Shown piece by piece: positions 48,592 to 57,861 of a stretch of 64,000 nucleotides of DNA. The translations under genes were made by a program, and so were the position numbers. The notes under the pieces are model-generated. The model made no database searches. It saw only the letters and a list, made by a program, of their open reading frames with translations, and had not been told where the DNA came from. The stretch spans positions 864,001-928,000 of the forward strand of contig OZ223236.1 in NCBI GenBank assembly GCA_965140445.1. Reading direction: 5' to 3'. This stretch comes from Candidatus Ozemobacteraceae bacterium. GTDB lineage: Bacteria > Muiribacteriota > Ozemobacteria > Ozemobacterales > Ozemobacteraceae. How positions within the stretch are numbered: the first letter of the stretch is position 1; each line of letters opens with the position of its first letter.

Positions 48592-49437
48592 TCAAGCTTT
48601 TCTTAGTACTTTACATACTGGCATATAGGTTGCAGAATGCAAACTTGGTCTGCGCCTGGTGGAAGAGTTACTCATTGCTTGAGCGGTGTTTCCACTGGTC
48701 ATGATAATTCCAATATGGGTGTCAGCATCGTTTCTCCCATCACGATTTCGGTCGTAAGTTGACCAGGTTATAACGTCACCAGCCTGATATGGTGGAACTT
48801 TAACCTGTTTCCACCCAAGACTTTTCAATTTAGGTATGGTTGCTAAAACACCCAGCTGAATTCCGGTGTTTACGCCAGCAGCTTTAAGGGCAGTGGTTAC
48901 AACCTGGGCACAGCCAAGAGCGCCTCCTCGGGTTGCTGCTGCATAAGGAAATGAGCCGCTTGTCTTGTATTTGTTTACCAGGTTTTGAGCAGCTGCTACT
49001 ACTTTCTGCTGTACACTGCCTTTGGCTGGAACTGTTACGAGTGGAGAGCCGGAACTGCTTGCATTGCCTTTGCTTGAAGAAACATATCTTGAATGAACAT
49101 AGGCTGTTTTGCCATTGTGTGAAATCTTATACCAGACGCCTTCTTTGCCAATTATCTTAACCTTGTTGTTATTGTAAAGGCTGCCGATTATTGTTCCCCA
49201 AGGTCCTGTTCTCACATTTAGGGAAGTGCTGACTCTAACAAATCCACTTTCTGGAATACTTGCATTAGAGCTCGAACCCTCGTATTTTTTTGCTTGTGAT
49301 TGGCTCGATCCTGCAGTATTAGAAGAACCTGAGTCCGAATCGTGCTCACTTAGCGTGCGATTAAAATCCATCGCCAGTAGTGACCCTGAAAATAAAATAA
49401 GAAAAAAACAAGACAAAACTTTATTATATCTACGCAT
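48592..49437 (-). CDS. Secreted SH3b + NlpC/P60-like cysteine peptidoglycan hydrolase (paralog of 32584-33807)
   Basis: AGGAGG RBS, signal peptide, one SH3b and GCAQVVT...AGDVI...HIGI. Confidence 0.8.
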   Translation of the reverse strand: MRRYNKVLSCFFLILFSGSLLAMDFNRTLSEHDSDSGSSNTAGSSQSQAKKYEGSSSNASIPESGFVRVSTSLNVRTGPWGTIIGSLYNNNKVKIIGKEGVWYKISHNGKTAYVHSRYVSSSKGNASSSGSPLVTVPAKGSVQQKVVAAAQNLVNKYKTSGSFPYAAATRGGALGCAQVVTTALKAAGVNTGIQLGVLATIPKLKSLGWKQVKVPPYQAGDVITWSTYDRNRDGRNDADTHIGIIMTSGNTAQAMSNSSTRRRPSLHSATYMPVCKVLRKA

Positions 49438-49478
49438 CTAACCCCTCCTGAAAACTTTTTTTTAGTTTCGATATTTTA

Positions 49479-49506
49479 TAATACGCTATCAAAAGAAAGA
49501 AGTTTT
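49479..49506 (-). promoter_or_regulatory. ECF-sigma-like promoter, copy 5
   Basis: Minus strand AAAAC-N16-CGTATTA. Confidence 0.6.
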
Positions 49507-49793
49507 TGATTAATTGTTTCTTTTTTTGGATGACTTAGACAAGTTTTTTTAAGAATTGAACGAAAAGGGCTCCTAAATAAAAGAATAAGACTGTAAAGCG
49601 AGCTAAAAAGTTTTGTGTGCAAAAGGCCAGTTAATTTGGAATCCAGTTTACAAGAAATAGTTAGAAAAAAAGCAAAAGATGCCGGGATAAAAAGAGAATT
49701 TGGAGAGATGTGGTCAGGCTTATTTTGTATGTTATAATTTCAGAGTATTATTGAAGAAAGAAAGAGGATTTTTTAAGGGTTGAGTATCTGTTT

Positions 49794-50288
49794 ATGCCTC
49801 AGGAAATGGTAATTCTTACTCCAGAAAATGCAGAAATCAGAGTGCCGTTAGCGGGCATGTTTACTCGTGCTGCTGCATTTTCGTATGACTTATGTATGAT
49901 TTTTGTGGGGCTTATTTTAATTTTGGTTGGTGCCTGGAGTGGATTATTCATACCTGTTTTAGGCTCGGTCATGAGGCTTACTGGCGGAGCCTTATTTGGA
50001 GTTTTTCAGATTGTTGCGATGATTTGGATTTTTGGATATTTTCCCTTTTTTGAATTGGTGAAAGATGGGAGAACTCCAGGCAAAAAAGCTTTTGGATTGA
50101 GAGTTGTTACTGTTTCCGGGCAAAAACTAAAGCTTTTTAATGCTATTTTGAGGAATTTTTTAAGAATTGCGGATTTTTTTCCATTTTTATTTTTTGCTGG
50201 CATGTTCACTACTCTTGTTACTGATAGGCACCAGCGAATTGGCGATTTGATTGCCGGAACAATCGTTATAAAAGAAGACCTGGATTAG
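49794..50288 (+). CDS. RDD family membrane protein
   Basis: RAAAFSYD, GRTPGKKAFGLRVV and QRIGDLIAGTIV. Confidence 0.92.
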   Translation: MPQEMVILTPENAEIRVPLAGMFTRAAAFSYDLCMIFVGLILILVGAWSGLFIPVLGSVMRLTGGALFGVFQIVAMIWIFGYFPFFELVKDGRTPGKKAFGLRVVTVSGQKLKLFNAILRNFLRIADFFPFLFFAGMFTTLVTDRHQRIGDLIAGTIVIKEDLD

Positions 50289-50290
50289 CT

Positions 50291-51343
50291 ATGGAAAATT
50301 TACACACAAAGAGCCAGTTTGAAGTTTGCCTTGATAACATTGAGAGCGCTGATCCTTTTAAGAGAAGGTATGGTGTTGCACTTCTTGAAAAGGTTGGGGG
50401 GAGTAAGGCTCTGCAGGTTGCTGGTGCCCTGATAAACGATTCTGATCCCGTTGTGTCTTCAAGTGCCAAAAGGATTTGTGCTGGTTTAAAAAAGTCCGGG
50501 TTGATGCTGCGAAATTTTTCGCAAAATTTACCATTAGCAGAAAAGCAGGTTGTAAGAGGCACCAGACAAATTCTGGATGAAGTGGTTTTTATTGCTAAGC
50601 GGAATTTGAACGAGTTAATGGTTAGTTCTTTTGCTATTTCTATTCCAAAGTTAGTAGTTGTTTCAATTATTTTTGCGTGGCCATACCTTGGAGACATTGT
50701 TTCTGATCTATTTTCTTTAGAGGTTTTTGCTCTGATGATATTCGTTCACCAGATATTTTGGAAACCATTTGCCTGGATTGGTGTTAGCAGAGCTTTTTTA
50801 AGGGGATACCCCGAAAGGACTACCAGACGCATTTCGAAGGCTCTTGATGATTGGTCCGCCTACAGCAGGTTGCTCCAACAGAACTTAAGCAATGCTTTTA
50901 TTTTTTCAATGACTCTGGTGGCAACTTTATACTTTTATAATAAAAATCAACTTGGTGACTTTCCTCACCTCATGATTCTCGTCATTTGGTTTGGTTGGTG
51001 GAGTTTAAGTATTAATTATATCCCCGTCTCAATTTTGAAAATGGAAAACAATGGATTTATTGATTCTATCAATTTGAGATTTAAAAACTTCTTCCCTCTA
51101 TCCAGAATCTCAATAGCCTTTGTAGCTGTTCTTGCTATACTTTATTCAATTGTTTTTGGCAGCTCCGTTGCCTCTTTAAGCGCATTAGGAGTTTCTCTAA
51201 AGTCCAGGCCTATAGATGTTAATAATAACTTTGGCAAACTGGTGATTGCCTTATGGATTACCGCTGACTGTTTCATAGAGCCTTTTATTATCTGTTTCAG
51301 ACTTCTTTTGACCAAGCTTTTTATCGAGGGAAAAAGAGAATGA
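50291..51343 (+). CDS. Membrane protein with an N-terminal HEAT-like repeat
   Basis: DPFKRRYGVALLEKVG...LINDSDPVV followed by several TM helices. Confidence 0.6.
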   Translation: MENLHTKSQFEVCLDNIESADPFKRRYGVALLEKVGGSKALQVAGALINDSDPVVSSSAKRICAGLKKSGLMLRNFSQNLPLAEKQVVRGTRQILDEVVFIAKRNLNELMVSSFAISIPKLVVVSIIFAWPYLGDIVSDLFSLEVFALMIFVHQIFWKPFAWIGVSRAFLRGYPERTTRRISKALDDWSAYSRLLQQNLSNAFIFSMTLVATLYFYNKNQLGDFPHLMILVIWFGWWSLSINYIPVSILKMENNGFIDSINLRFKNFFPLSRISIAFVAVLAILYSIVFGSSVASLSALGVSLKSRPIDVNNNFGKLVIALWITADCFIEPFIICFRLLLTKLFIEGKRE

Positions 51344-52704
51344 GAATCTGGACATTTATTTTATTAACTTTTATTGCTTCAGTTCTTAATGCTGAAACAA
51401 TTGATTATCAGGAGTTTTCTAAGCAAATTGATCAGATTGAGAATCATTTCAATTTGGCTTCAAGGAAAAATTTTATTCTGGATGATGAAGCTGCTGATAG
51501 CCTTATGAAGCTGTCTGGAGTTACTGAAGTTAAGGCTGTAAAGCAAAATTATGTTTTGAATTTAAGCTGGATAGGAAATGTTTCTTCCCAGATTAAATCC
51601 GAAGACGATTTAAATAAGCGAAAATTAATTTATACAAATCTGGTTGATACATTAGTTGGATTCCGCACTGAATTAACATTTGAAAGTGAGAATGAAGGGG
51701 CTACGAGAAAAGAGATGGAAGATGCTCTTGAAAGAGCAATGAAGAAAACCATGCCGATTATTTTGTCTCGCGGTGCAAGTATTGATGAGTCTATTGAGTG
51801 GAGCGGCGAGGGGGCATGCGTTATGGAAGGTTCCGGAGATGGAATCAGCGTAATTAATGCTCAAAATGCAAACAGCGGGTATTCTGGTTATCGTAGGAGC
51901 AATGGGGTAAGAGGCTTTGCCAGCGGCGGAAGCTCAGGAAGCTATGGAAGTTATAGCGGAAAGTCTTTTTCAAAAGTTAATGGTTCGAATTCTTCTTCTT
52001 CTTCTTCCAGGCATTTCTCAAACAATTCTTTTAGTAAGCAGCCAGTAAAAAATACTGGGCACTTTAGCTCACAAAATACTTCCTACCATAAGGCGCCGCA
52101 AAATAATAGTTCAAATAGCTCTCGATCATCACCATCTGGAAGTAATTTTAAGCCGTCAAACTCTGGCTCACGCAAAACTAAACCGCCCACACCAACGCCA
52201 ACGCCCAGGAAAGTTCCACCTCCACCAAAACCTAAAACAAACTCATCTATAACCTTAATTTACTGGCTGGTTGGAATTGTTTTTGTAATTGGACTCTTTT
52301 CGCTGTTGTTCTTTATTTACAAAAAGCTCCAGGAAAAAATTCTTAATGAAGAGGTTTCACTGGAAAAAGAAGAAAGTCAGTTAGCTACAGAAAGAATGAA
52401 GACTGAAACCATATATGATATGGCTGTTAAGGCCGCAGAAGCTGGAAACTATGAAGAGGCTATAAGGCTTTTAACGGTAGGCTCTCTCCTGTTGCTTGAA
52501 AAACAGCAGATTGTAGATTTTAAAGACAGTCTTACCAATGGTGAATACTTACATGAATTGCTCGCCGAGAGGAAGCGACACGAGCTTTTTAAAAAGCCTT
52601 TATCTATATTTGATCGAATTATTTACGGATTTGCAAAAACTGAAAAAAGCGACTACGAACTTTTCAAAAGCTTTTATCTGGAGTTGGAGAAGCTTGAGGG
52701 ATGA
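51340..52704 (+). CDS. DUF4129-like protein with a Ser/Gly/Pro-rich linker
   Basis: Signal peptide, low-complexity linker, TM, then GNYEEAIRLL...LTNGEY...FDRIIYG. Confidence 0.75.
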   Translation: MRIWTFILLTFIASVLNAETIDYQEFSKQIDQIENHFNLASRKNFILDDEAADSLMKLSGVTEVKAVKQNYVLNLSWIGNVSSQIKSEDDLNKRKLIYTNLVDTLVGFRTELTFESENEGATRKEMEDALERAMKKTMPIILSRGASIDESIEWSGEGACVMEGSGDGISVINAQNANSGYSGYRRSNGVRGFASGGSSGSYGSYSGKSFSKVNGSNSSSSSSRHFSNNSFSKQPVKNTGHFSSQNTSYHKAPQNNSSNSSRSSPSGSNFKPSNSGSRKTKPPTPTPTPRKVPPPPKPKTNSSITLIYWLVGIVFVIGLFSLLFFIYKKLQEKILNEEVSLEKEESQLATERMKTETIYDMAVKAAEAGNYEEAIRLLTVGSLLLLEKQQIVDFKDSLTNGEYLHELLAERKRHELFKKPLSIFDRIIYGFAKTEKSDYELFKSFYLELEKLEG

Positions 52705-53951
52705 ATAATAGAAGAACCTTAAATCTAGCTCGAGGATATGCAATTTTCTTTTTATGTCTATTTGTGTTCACTATGTGGGGGATAAACCTGTTCTCTGTCT
52801 CTCAGGTAGAGGTTGAATTTAATGATATTGAATCAGACCCTAAAGAGCTTGTCGCGATCGGTGGAACCAGATCTTATACTTTTAAGCCAAAGCCGTTTTT
52901 GTATTACTACTTTAAGGAATTGGGCTATGATCTGAAATTTGTAAAGTCTTCACCTGTTGATCCTCAGGGGTTGTTAATGATTATAACTCCACCTGAAAAC
53001 CTCGGACCTGATAGGCTGCGAGAAGTTTTTAGATGGGTTCGCCGAGGTGGAAAGCTTATTTTTCTTTCACCGAAGTATCACAGGATTGATCAAGTTGCTG
53101 GAATTAGCCGGGAAAAGGGCGATAATCATGGCGCAAAAAGTATCGAGCTAAAACTTCCCTGGCTATATGGGGCGGAAAGAATAAGTCAGTCACAATCTGA
53201 AATGTCGCGTAGGCCGATTGGGAGTTTATATTCTCTTTTTGACGAGGAAAGAGTTGGAATGCCTGTCTTTTTCACTCATCGTGGAGATGGTGTGTTTATA
53301 ATGATTTCCCATCCTGATCTATTAAACGGAAGAGGACTTAAAAGATATGATAATCTTCCGTTTTTAACTCGTATTGTTGAGCGCTTTTCAAGCAATTACA
53401 AAATCTATATCTATGATAGCCAGCCAGAAGCCAAAATTAGTGTCAGGGGCAGAATTATGGCTGAGAAGCAAAAGAGCTTTACAAGCAAAAAACGAACAGA
53501 TGACCTGACATTATGGGGATTGCTAAAAGCTAATCCTATCAGCTGGGTTCTTGTCCAGATGGCTTTTGCTTTAGGTGTGTTTTTCCTGTCGACCGGGAGG
53601 AGATTTGGTGCTGCTATTCCTTTCAAGGATGGGGAACAGGATGGAGCTTCTTTTATTAATAATCTTGGAAAAATGCTTGCGGATAAAGGTGCAAGTTCTT
53701 ACGCATTAGAAGGAATCTATTCAGATTTTATGGTGGCGGCCAGAAAGCGTTTTAATTTGGATTCTTCAGCAGATTTCAAAGCCTTAACGAATGCCATTGG
53801 GCTCTCTCATCCACAAATTGCGCAATCTCTGTTAATGATAGAAGCTGATTGCTACAAGATCTTAAACGAAAAAAATAAATCACAAAAATCACTATTAAGG
53901 GTAGTTAAAACCCTGGAACTGGCTAGAAAGGAATTAAAACTCTATGATTGA
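52701..53951 (+). CDS. DUF4350-like membrane protein
   Basis: WVRRGGKLI, PDLLNGRGL..DN and GRRFG after the second TM, in a MoxR context. Confidence 0.65.
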   Translation: MNNRRTLNLARGYAIFFLCLFVFTMWGINLFSVSQVEVEFNDIESDPKELVAIGGTRSYTFKPKPFLYYYFKELGYDLKFVKSSPVDPQGLLMIITPPENLGPDRLREVFRWVRRGGKLIFLSPKYHRIDQVAGISREKGDNHGAKSIELKLPWLYGAERISQSQSEMSRRPIGSLYSLFDEERVGMPVFFTHRGDGVFIMISHPDLLNGRGLKRYDNLPFLTRIVERFSSNYKIYIYDSQPEAKISVRGRIMAEKQKSFTSKKRTDDLTLWGLLKANPISWVLVQMAFALGVFFLSTGRRFGAAIPFKDGEQDGASFINNLGKMLADKGASSYALEGIYSDFMVAARKRFNLDSSADFKALTNAIGLSHPQIAQSLLMIEADCYKILNEKNKSQKSLLRVVKTLELARKELKLYD

Positions 53952-54903
53952 TCCGAACAGAGTAAAAGAGATTTTTGAAGGTCTTCGTAAGGAGATCGGA
54001 AAAGTTATTGTCGGGCAAGAAGAAGCTATTGATCTCATGCTCGCTGCTTTATTGGTAAAAGGGCATGTTTTGCTTGAAGGGGTTCCTGGAACTGCCAAAA
54101 CTCTTACCGTTAAAACAGTTGCAGAAATTATTGGTGCCGGTTTCCGTAGAATTCAGATGACCCCCGACTTAATGCCATCGGATGTGCTTGGGACAACCAT
54201 ATTTGATGCTAAGTCAGGCACTTTTCATGTTCATAAGGGGCCAATATTTAGTGATTTGGTTCTCGTTGATGAAATTAATCGTGCGCCCGCCAAAACCCAA
54301 TCTGCTCTTCTTGAGTGCATGGAAGAGCATCAGGTTACGATCGAGGGCCAAAAGTTTTCTTTGTCTTCTATTTTTACTGTTATGGCCACTCAAAATCCGC
54401 TTGAATATGAAGGAACCTATCCTTTGCCTGAGGCACAATTAGACAGGTTTTTGTTCAAAATTATTCTGGATTACCCTTCAGAAGATGCAGAGAGAGAAAT
54501 TCTAACTAAATTCGAATCTGGTTTTAGATCAGATGCTATTGAATCTGTTGGGCTTGAGCACATAGCTACTGTGGAAGAAATCCAGCAATGCCGTGAAATT
54601 TTAAAAAATATTCAGACTAAAGATGCTGTGCGGGATTATGTTGCAGAGATAGTAAGAGCTACCAGAACCTGGTCTGACATTCAGATTGGTGGCGGAATCA
54701 GAGCGAGCATTGGTTTGCTTCTGGCTTCAAAGGCTGCTGCATTAATGAATGGCAGAGCGTTTGTTACTCCAGACGATGTGAAAATGATGGTTTTTCCGGT
54801 GTTGCGCCATCGTATTATTCTAAGACCAGAAGCCGAGATTGAAGGCATTACCCCAGATGATGCCTTAGAGGCTATTTTAAGTCGTATAAAGGTGCCCAGG
54901 TGA
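53944..54903 (+). CDS. moxR: MoxR family AAA+ ATPase
   Basis: GHVLLEGVPGTAKT, TPDLMPSD, DEINRAPAKTQSALLE and EGTYPLPEAQLDRF. Confidence 0.95.
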   Translation: MIDPNRVKEIFEGLRKEIGKVIVGQEEAIDLMLAALLVKGHVLLEGVPGTAKTLTVKTVAEIIGAGFRRIQMTPDLMPSDVLGTTIFDAKSGTFHVHKGPIFSDLVLVDEINRAPAKTQSALLECMEEHQVTIEGQKFSLSSIFTVMATQNPLEYEGTYPLPEAQLDRFLFKIILDYPSEDAEREILTKFESGFRSDAIESVGLEHIATVEEIQQCREILKNIQTKDAVRDYVAEIVRATRTWSDIQIGGGIRASIGLLLASKAAALMNGRAFVTPDDVKMMVFPVLRHRIILRPEAEIEGITPDDALEAILSRIKVPR

Positions 54904-56405
54904 ATTTAAAAAAGAAGGAAAAACCAGTTCTGGAGGGAACTATTCTCTTCGTGGGCTGTATTCTTGCCATTATTTCTCCATTCATCATTGTCCCCATTGC
55001 ATTGTCTATTGCGGTGAGCGGTATGGTATTGGATAAATTTATCAGTAAAAATGCCAGGATTCCTTCAATCCCAGATTTGTTTCGTCAGGGAAAGGTTGTT
55101 GTTACTACCAGAGTTGTTTTGCTTTTATTGCTGGGCACTTTGCCTTTGATGATTTCCTCAAGTCATCAACAGGCGGTTGCTATTTTTGTTTTGTACAACA
55201 TCTTTGTTTTTGGTTTGATCATTCTGGATGTAGTTCTCTCTCCAAAGCCAGAAAACCTTACTGTTTCGAGAAAAGTGTCAGGGAAACTATCTATTGGGCG
55301 TGAAAATGCTGTTGAATTAATCATTACGAATCAATCTTACCGGCCTATAGAAATTGAATTTTTGGATGAATTTCCGGAAGAATTTTCTGGGAACGGCAAA
55401 AATATAGAATTAAAGTTAGATCGACGAACAAGCGCGACAATTAACTATAAGGTCGTTCCCCCTCGTAGAGGGTGCTACTTTTTTAACAGCACTATTATCA
55501 GGTTCAGAGGCCTTTTAGAGCTTGTTGTTTTTCAGGAAGCCTATGGAACTCCTTCCAGGGTTGAAGTTTACCCTGATATATCAAGTATTTCGCGTTTTGA
55601 TTTGATGATGAAAAGAAGCCATCTTATAGAAACCGGATTGATTTCTGAAAGGAGAAGAGGCAGCGGAACAAACTTTGAAAGCCTTAGAGAATATGTGCGA
55701 GGAGATGAATTTAGAAAGATAGATTGGAAAGCCAGCGCACGAAAAAACAAGCTTATCTCGCGAGAATTTCAATCTGAAGTTAATCAATCTGTTATGGTTC
55801 TTGTTGATTGTAGCAGGGCAATGGCGTCTAAGGTTGATGAGATTACCATGCTGGATCATTCAGTTAACGGAGCTTTATTACTTGGCCATCAAGTATTGAA
55901 AAAGGGCGATAAAATAGGACTTCTGACTTTTTCAGAGGGCCCGCACGCCTTACTATTACCGAATAGAGGAAAGAATCATTTTTTCTCTTTTTTAAGGCAT
56001 CTGTATTCAATTGAAGCCAATAGGGTTGAAGCCGATTTTCATTCTGCGGTGGATCTTTTGACAAAATCAAAGTTGAAAAGATCTTTGATCATGATAATTA
56101 CCGATCTCACATCTGGTACTAGCGTGGAAAAAATAATGGAAGCTGTTCCAAAGCTTAGCCGAAAGCATCTTCCGGTAATTATTTCGGTGATTGACCCTGC
56201 CCTAAAAGAAGCGGCTAACTCTGTTCCTGAAACGTCCGCGGAGGTATACAGAAAAGTTGTAGCCAGGAATCTGATTGCAAGAATTCAGGAGCTGAGAGAA
56301 AAAATTGAAAAAGTTGGGGTTGCAACACTTTTGATTACGCCAAAAGAGCTTAATTCAAGCTTGTTGTCACAGTATTTGAAAGTAAAGTTAAGATCCAGAC
56401 TTTAG
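54900..56405 (+). CDS. DUF58 domain (vWA-like) membrane protein
   Basis: PPRRG, FESLREYVRGDEFRKIDWKASAR, VDCSRAM and ITD. Confidence 0.9.
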   Translation: MNLKKKEKPVLEGTILFVGCILAIISPFIIVPIALSIAVSGMVLDKFISKNARIPSIPDLFRQGKVVVTTRVVLLLLLGTLPLMISSSHQQAVAIFVLYNIFVFGLIILDVVLSPKPENLTVSRKVSGKLSIGRENAVELIITNQSYRPIEIEFLDEFPEEFSGNGKNIELKLDRRTSATINYKVVPPRRGCYFFNSTIIRFRGLLELVVFQEAYGTPSRVEVYPDISSISRFDLMMKRSHLIETGLISERRRGSGTNFESLREYVRGDEFRKIDWKASARKNKLISREFQSEVNQSVMVLVDCSRAMASKVDEITMLDHSVNGALLLGHQVLKKGDKIGLLTFSEGPHALLLPNRGKNHFFSFLRHLYSIEANRVEADFHSAVDLLTKSKLKRSLIMIITDLTSGTSVEKIMEAVPKLSRKHLPVIISVIDPALKEAANSVPETSAEVYRKVVARNLIARIQELREKIEKVGVATLLITPKELNSSLLSQYLKVKLRSRL

Positions 56406-57374
56406 TAATGCCTTATTTGAAAATGCAAAAAAGGCTATTATTGTTACCAACGAAATTCCAGAAAAAACAAACTTGAAAATCTCTGGCAATTTTGCGGGAG
56501 TGATGTAGGCTTCTATTAATGCTGCGAGCACGAGAAGGGGAATTACGCCGACCACCATCTTTATTGAATCTTCTCCTTCTCTTACCAGGGCGTCTTTTCG
56601 ATGAAACTTGCCTGGATTTATTAATGCATATCCGATTATCATGCCAGCGGCTCCACAAATGAAAATACAGGTAAGCTCCAGAAAGCCATGAGGTAAAATC
56701 AGCGACCAGAAGAAGCTTGCCAATCCGCCTTCTTGATACAAAGATGCAAGACCGCCTAACAATAAACCGTTAAAAATTAGAATAAATATTGTTCCAATTC
56801 CAAGAAATATACCTGTTGCAAAGGCTTTAATAGATACTCGAATGTTGTTGGTCATGATAAAACTGGAAATGCCAAAATTAGATTCTGATGAGCTTATTCG
56901 GGGCTTTTCCGGATCAATATGTTTTATAGATTGTTGATAAACTGATTGGGCTTCGGGCGAGATAACCAGATCTATCAGTTTTGATTTTTCATTAATACAT
57001 AAGAAGCCAATTAGCGCTGAAACCAAAAATATTAAAGTGCTGGCGATAACGAAATGAATTCGTTTTCTGACAATAGCTGGAAAATCAAAAAGAAAGAAAA
57101 CTAATAAGTCCATTATTCCCATGGCTTTTCCCTGATAAATTAAGCCGTAAGCTCTTAAGGCAAGTTTGTTTATTTTTTGCCTGGTTTCAGGGTCCTCTTT
57201 GCAAGAGCTTAGCTTGTTCAAATCAGAGATTAGTTCTGTGTAAAGGGCGCCAAGTCTTAAAATGTCAAAGGAACTTGTTTTTTGGGGATAGTTTTCGAAC
57301 CGATCTATTAGTGCTTCGGTTTCACGCCATCTTTTTTGTTTGGTTTCATCTAAATCCATAGTTTTAGCGATCAC
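56388..57374 (-). CDS. Stage II sporulation protein M (SpoIIM/DUF95) family membrane protein
   Basis: IMTNNIRV, NGLLLG, ILPHGFLEL and AALIEAYITP. Confidence 0.9.
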   Translation of the reverse strand: MIAKTMDLDETKQKRWRETEALIDRFENYPQKTSSFDILRLGALYTELISDLNKLSSCKEDPETRQKINKLALRAYGLIYQGKAMGIMDLLVFFLFDFPAIVRKRIHFVIASTLIFLVSALIGFLCINEKSKLIDLVISPEAQSVYQQSIKHIDPEKPRISSSESNFGISSFIMTNNIRVSIKAFATGIFLGIGTIFILIFNGLLLGGLASLYQEGGLASFFWSLILPHGFLELTCIFICGAAGMIIGYALINPGKFHRKDALVREGEDSIKMVVGVIPLLVLAALIEAYITPAKLPEIFKFVFSGISLVTIIAFFAFSNKALLKSGS

Positions 57375-57861
57375 TTTCTACTGTTCCGTGGACGGAACAA
57401 GAAATAACTCCATCTCCATTTAAGTCACCTATGGTTCCATACTTTCCTTTTTCTGGACATTCAGGTTTACTTCTTAGATACTTGCCCTCAATTAGCACTG
57501 AAATAAAGTCTTCGTCAAGAGTTGACTGCGTTTCTGTGTGGTCCATGTTATACATTTCTGTCGCACCCAGCAAAACTCTCATATTTGCGTAACAGGCTTT
57601 TTCCCTTGCCATCGGTCGAGAGCCTCTTATGCTAGCACCTGGAAGAGCAATTGCGGCCAAAATTAATACAATTCCTATAACAATAAAAAATTCAATAATA
57701 CTAAACCGTTTTCCGCTTTGTGGAGCCTGACTGTAATCGAAAACTAAAATTTGATCAGCCTCATTGGCAGAAGGATCAATCTGAAATCCGCATCCTCTGC
57801 AAAACCTGCTTTCCTCATTATTAGAAAAACCGCATGATGGACAAAGCAGCTCATTATCCAT
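57364..57861 (-). CDS. Zinc-ribbon-prefixed pilin-like protein
   Basis: CPSCG...FCRGCG, then FSIIEFFIVIGIVLILAAIALP and ACYANMRVLLGATEMYNMDH...CSVHG. Confidence 0.75.
   Translation of the reverse strand: MDNELLCPSCGFSNNEESRFCRGCGFQIDPSANEADQILVFDYSQAPQSGKRFSIIEFFIVIGIVLILAAIALPGASIRGSRPMAREKACYANMRVLLGATEMYNMDHTETQSTLDEDFISVLIEGKYLRSKPECPEKGKYGTIGDLNGDGVISCSVHGTVESDR

Noticed and set aside
51990..52235. (TCT)n and CCA-rich repeats
   Set aside because: They encode Ser/Pro linker residues and are not an independent repeat element.
56388..57374. SpoIIM, SpoIIE and STAS genes as evidence of sporulation
   Set aside because: These domain families are widespread in non-sporulating bacteria.
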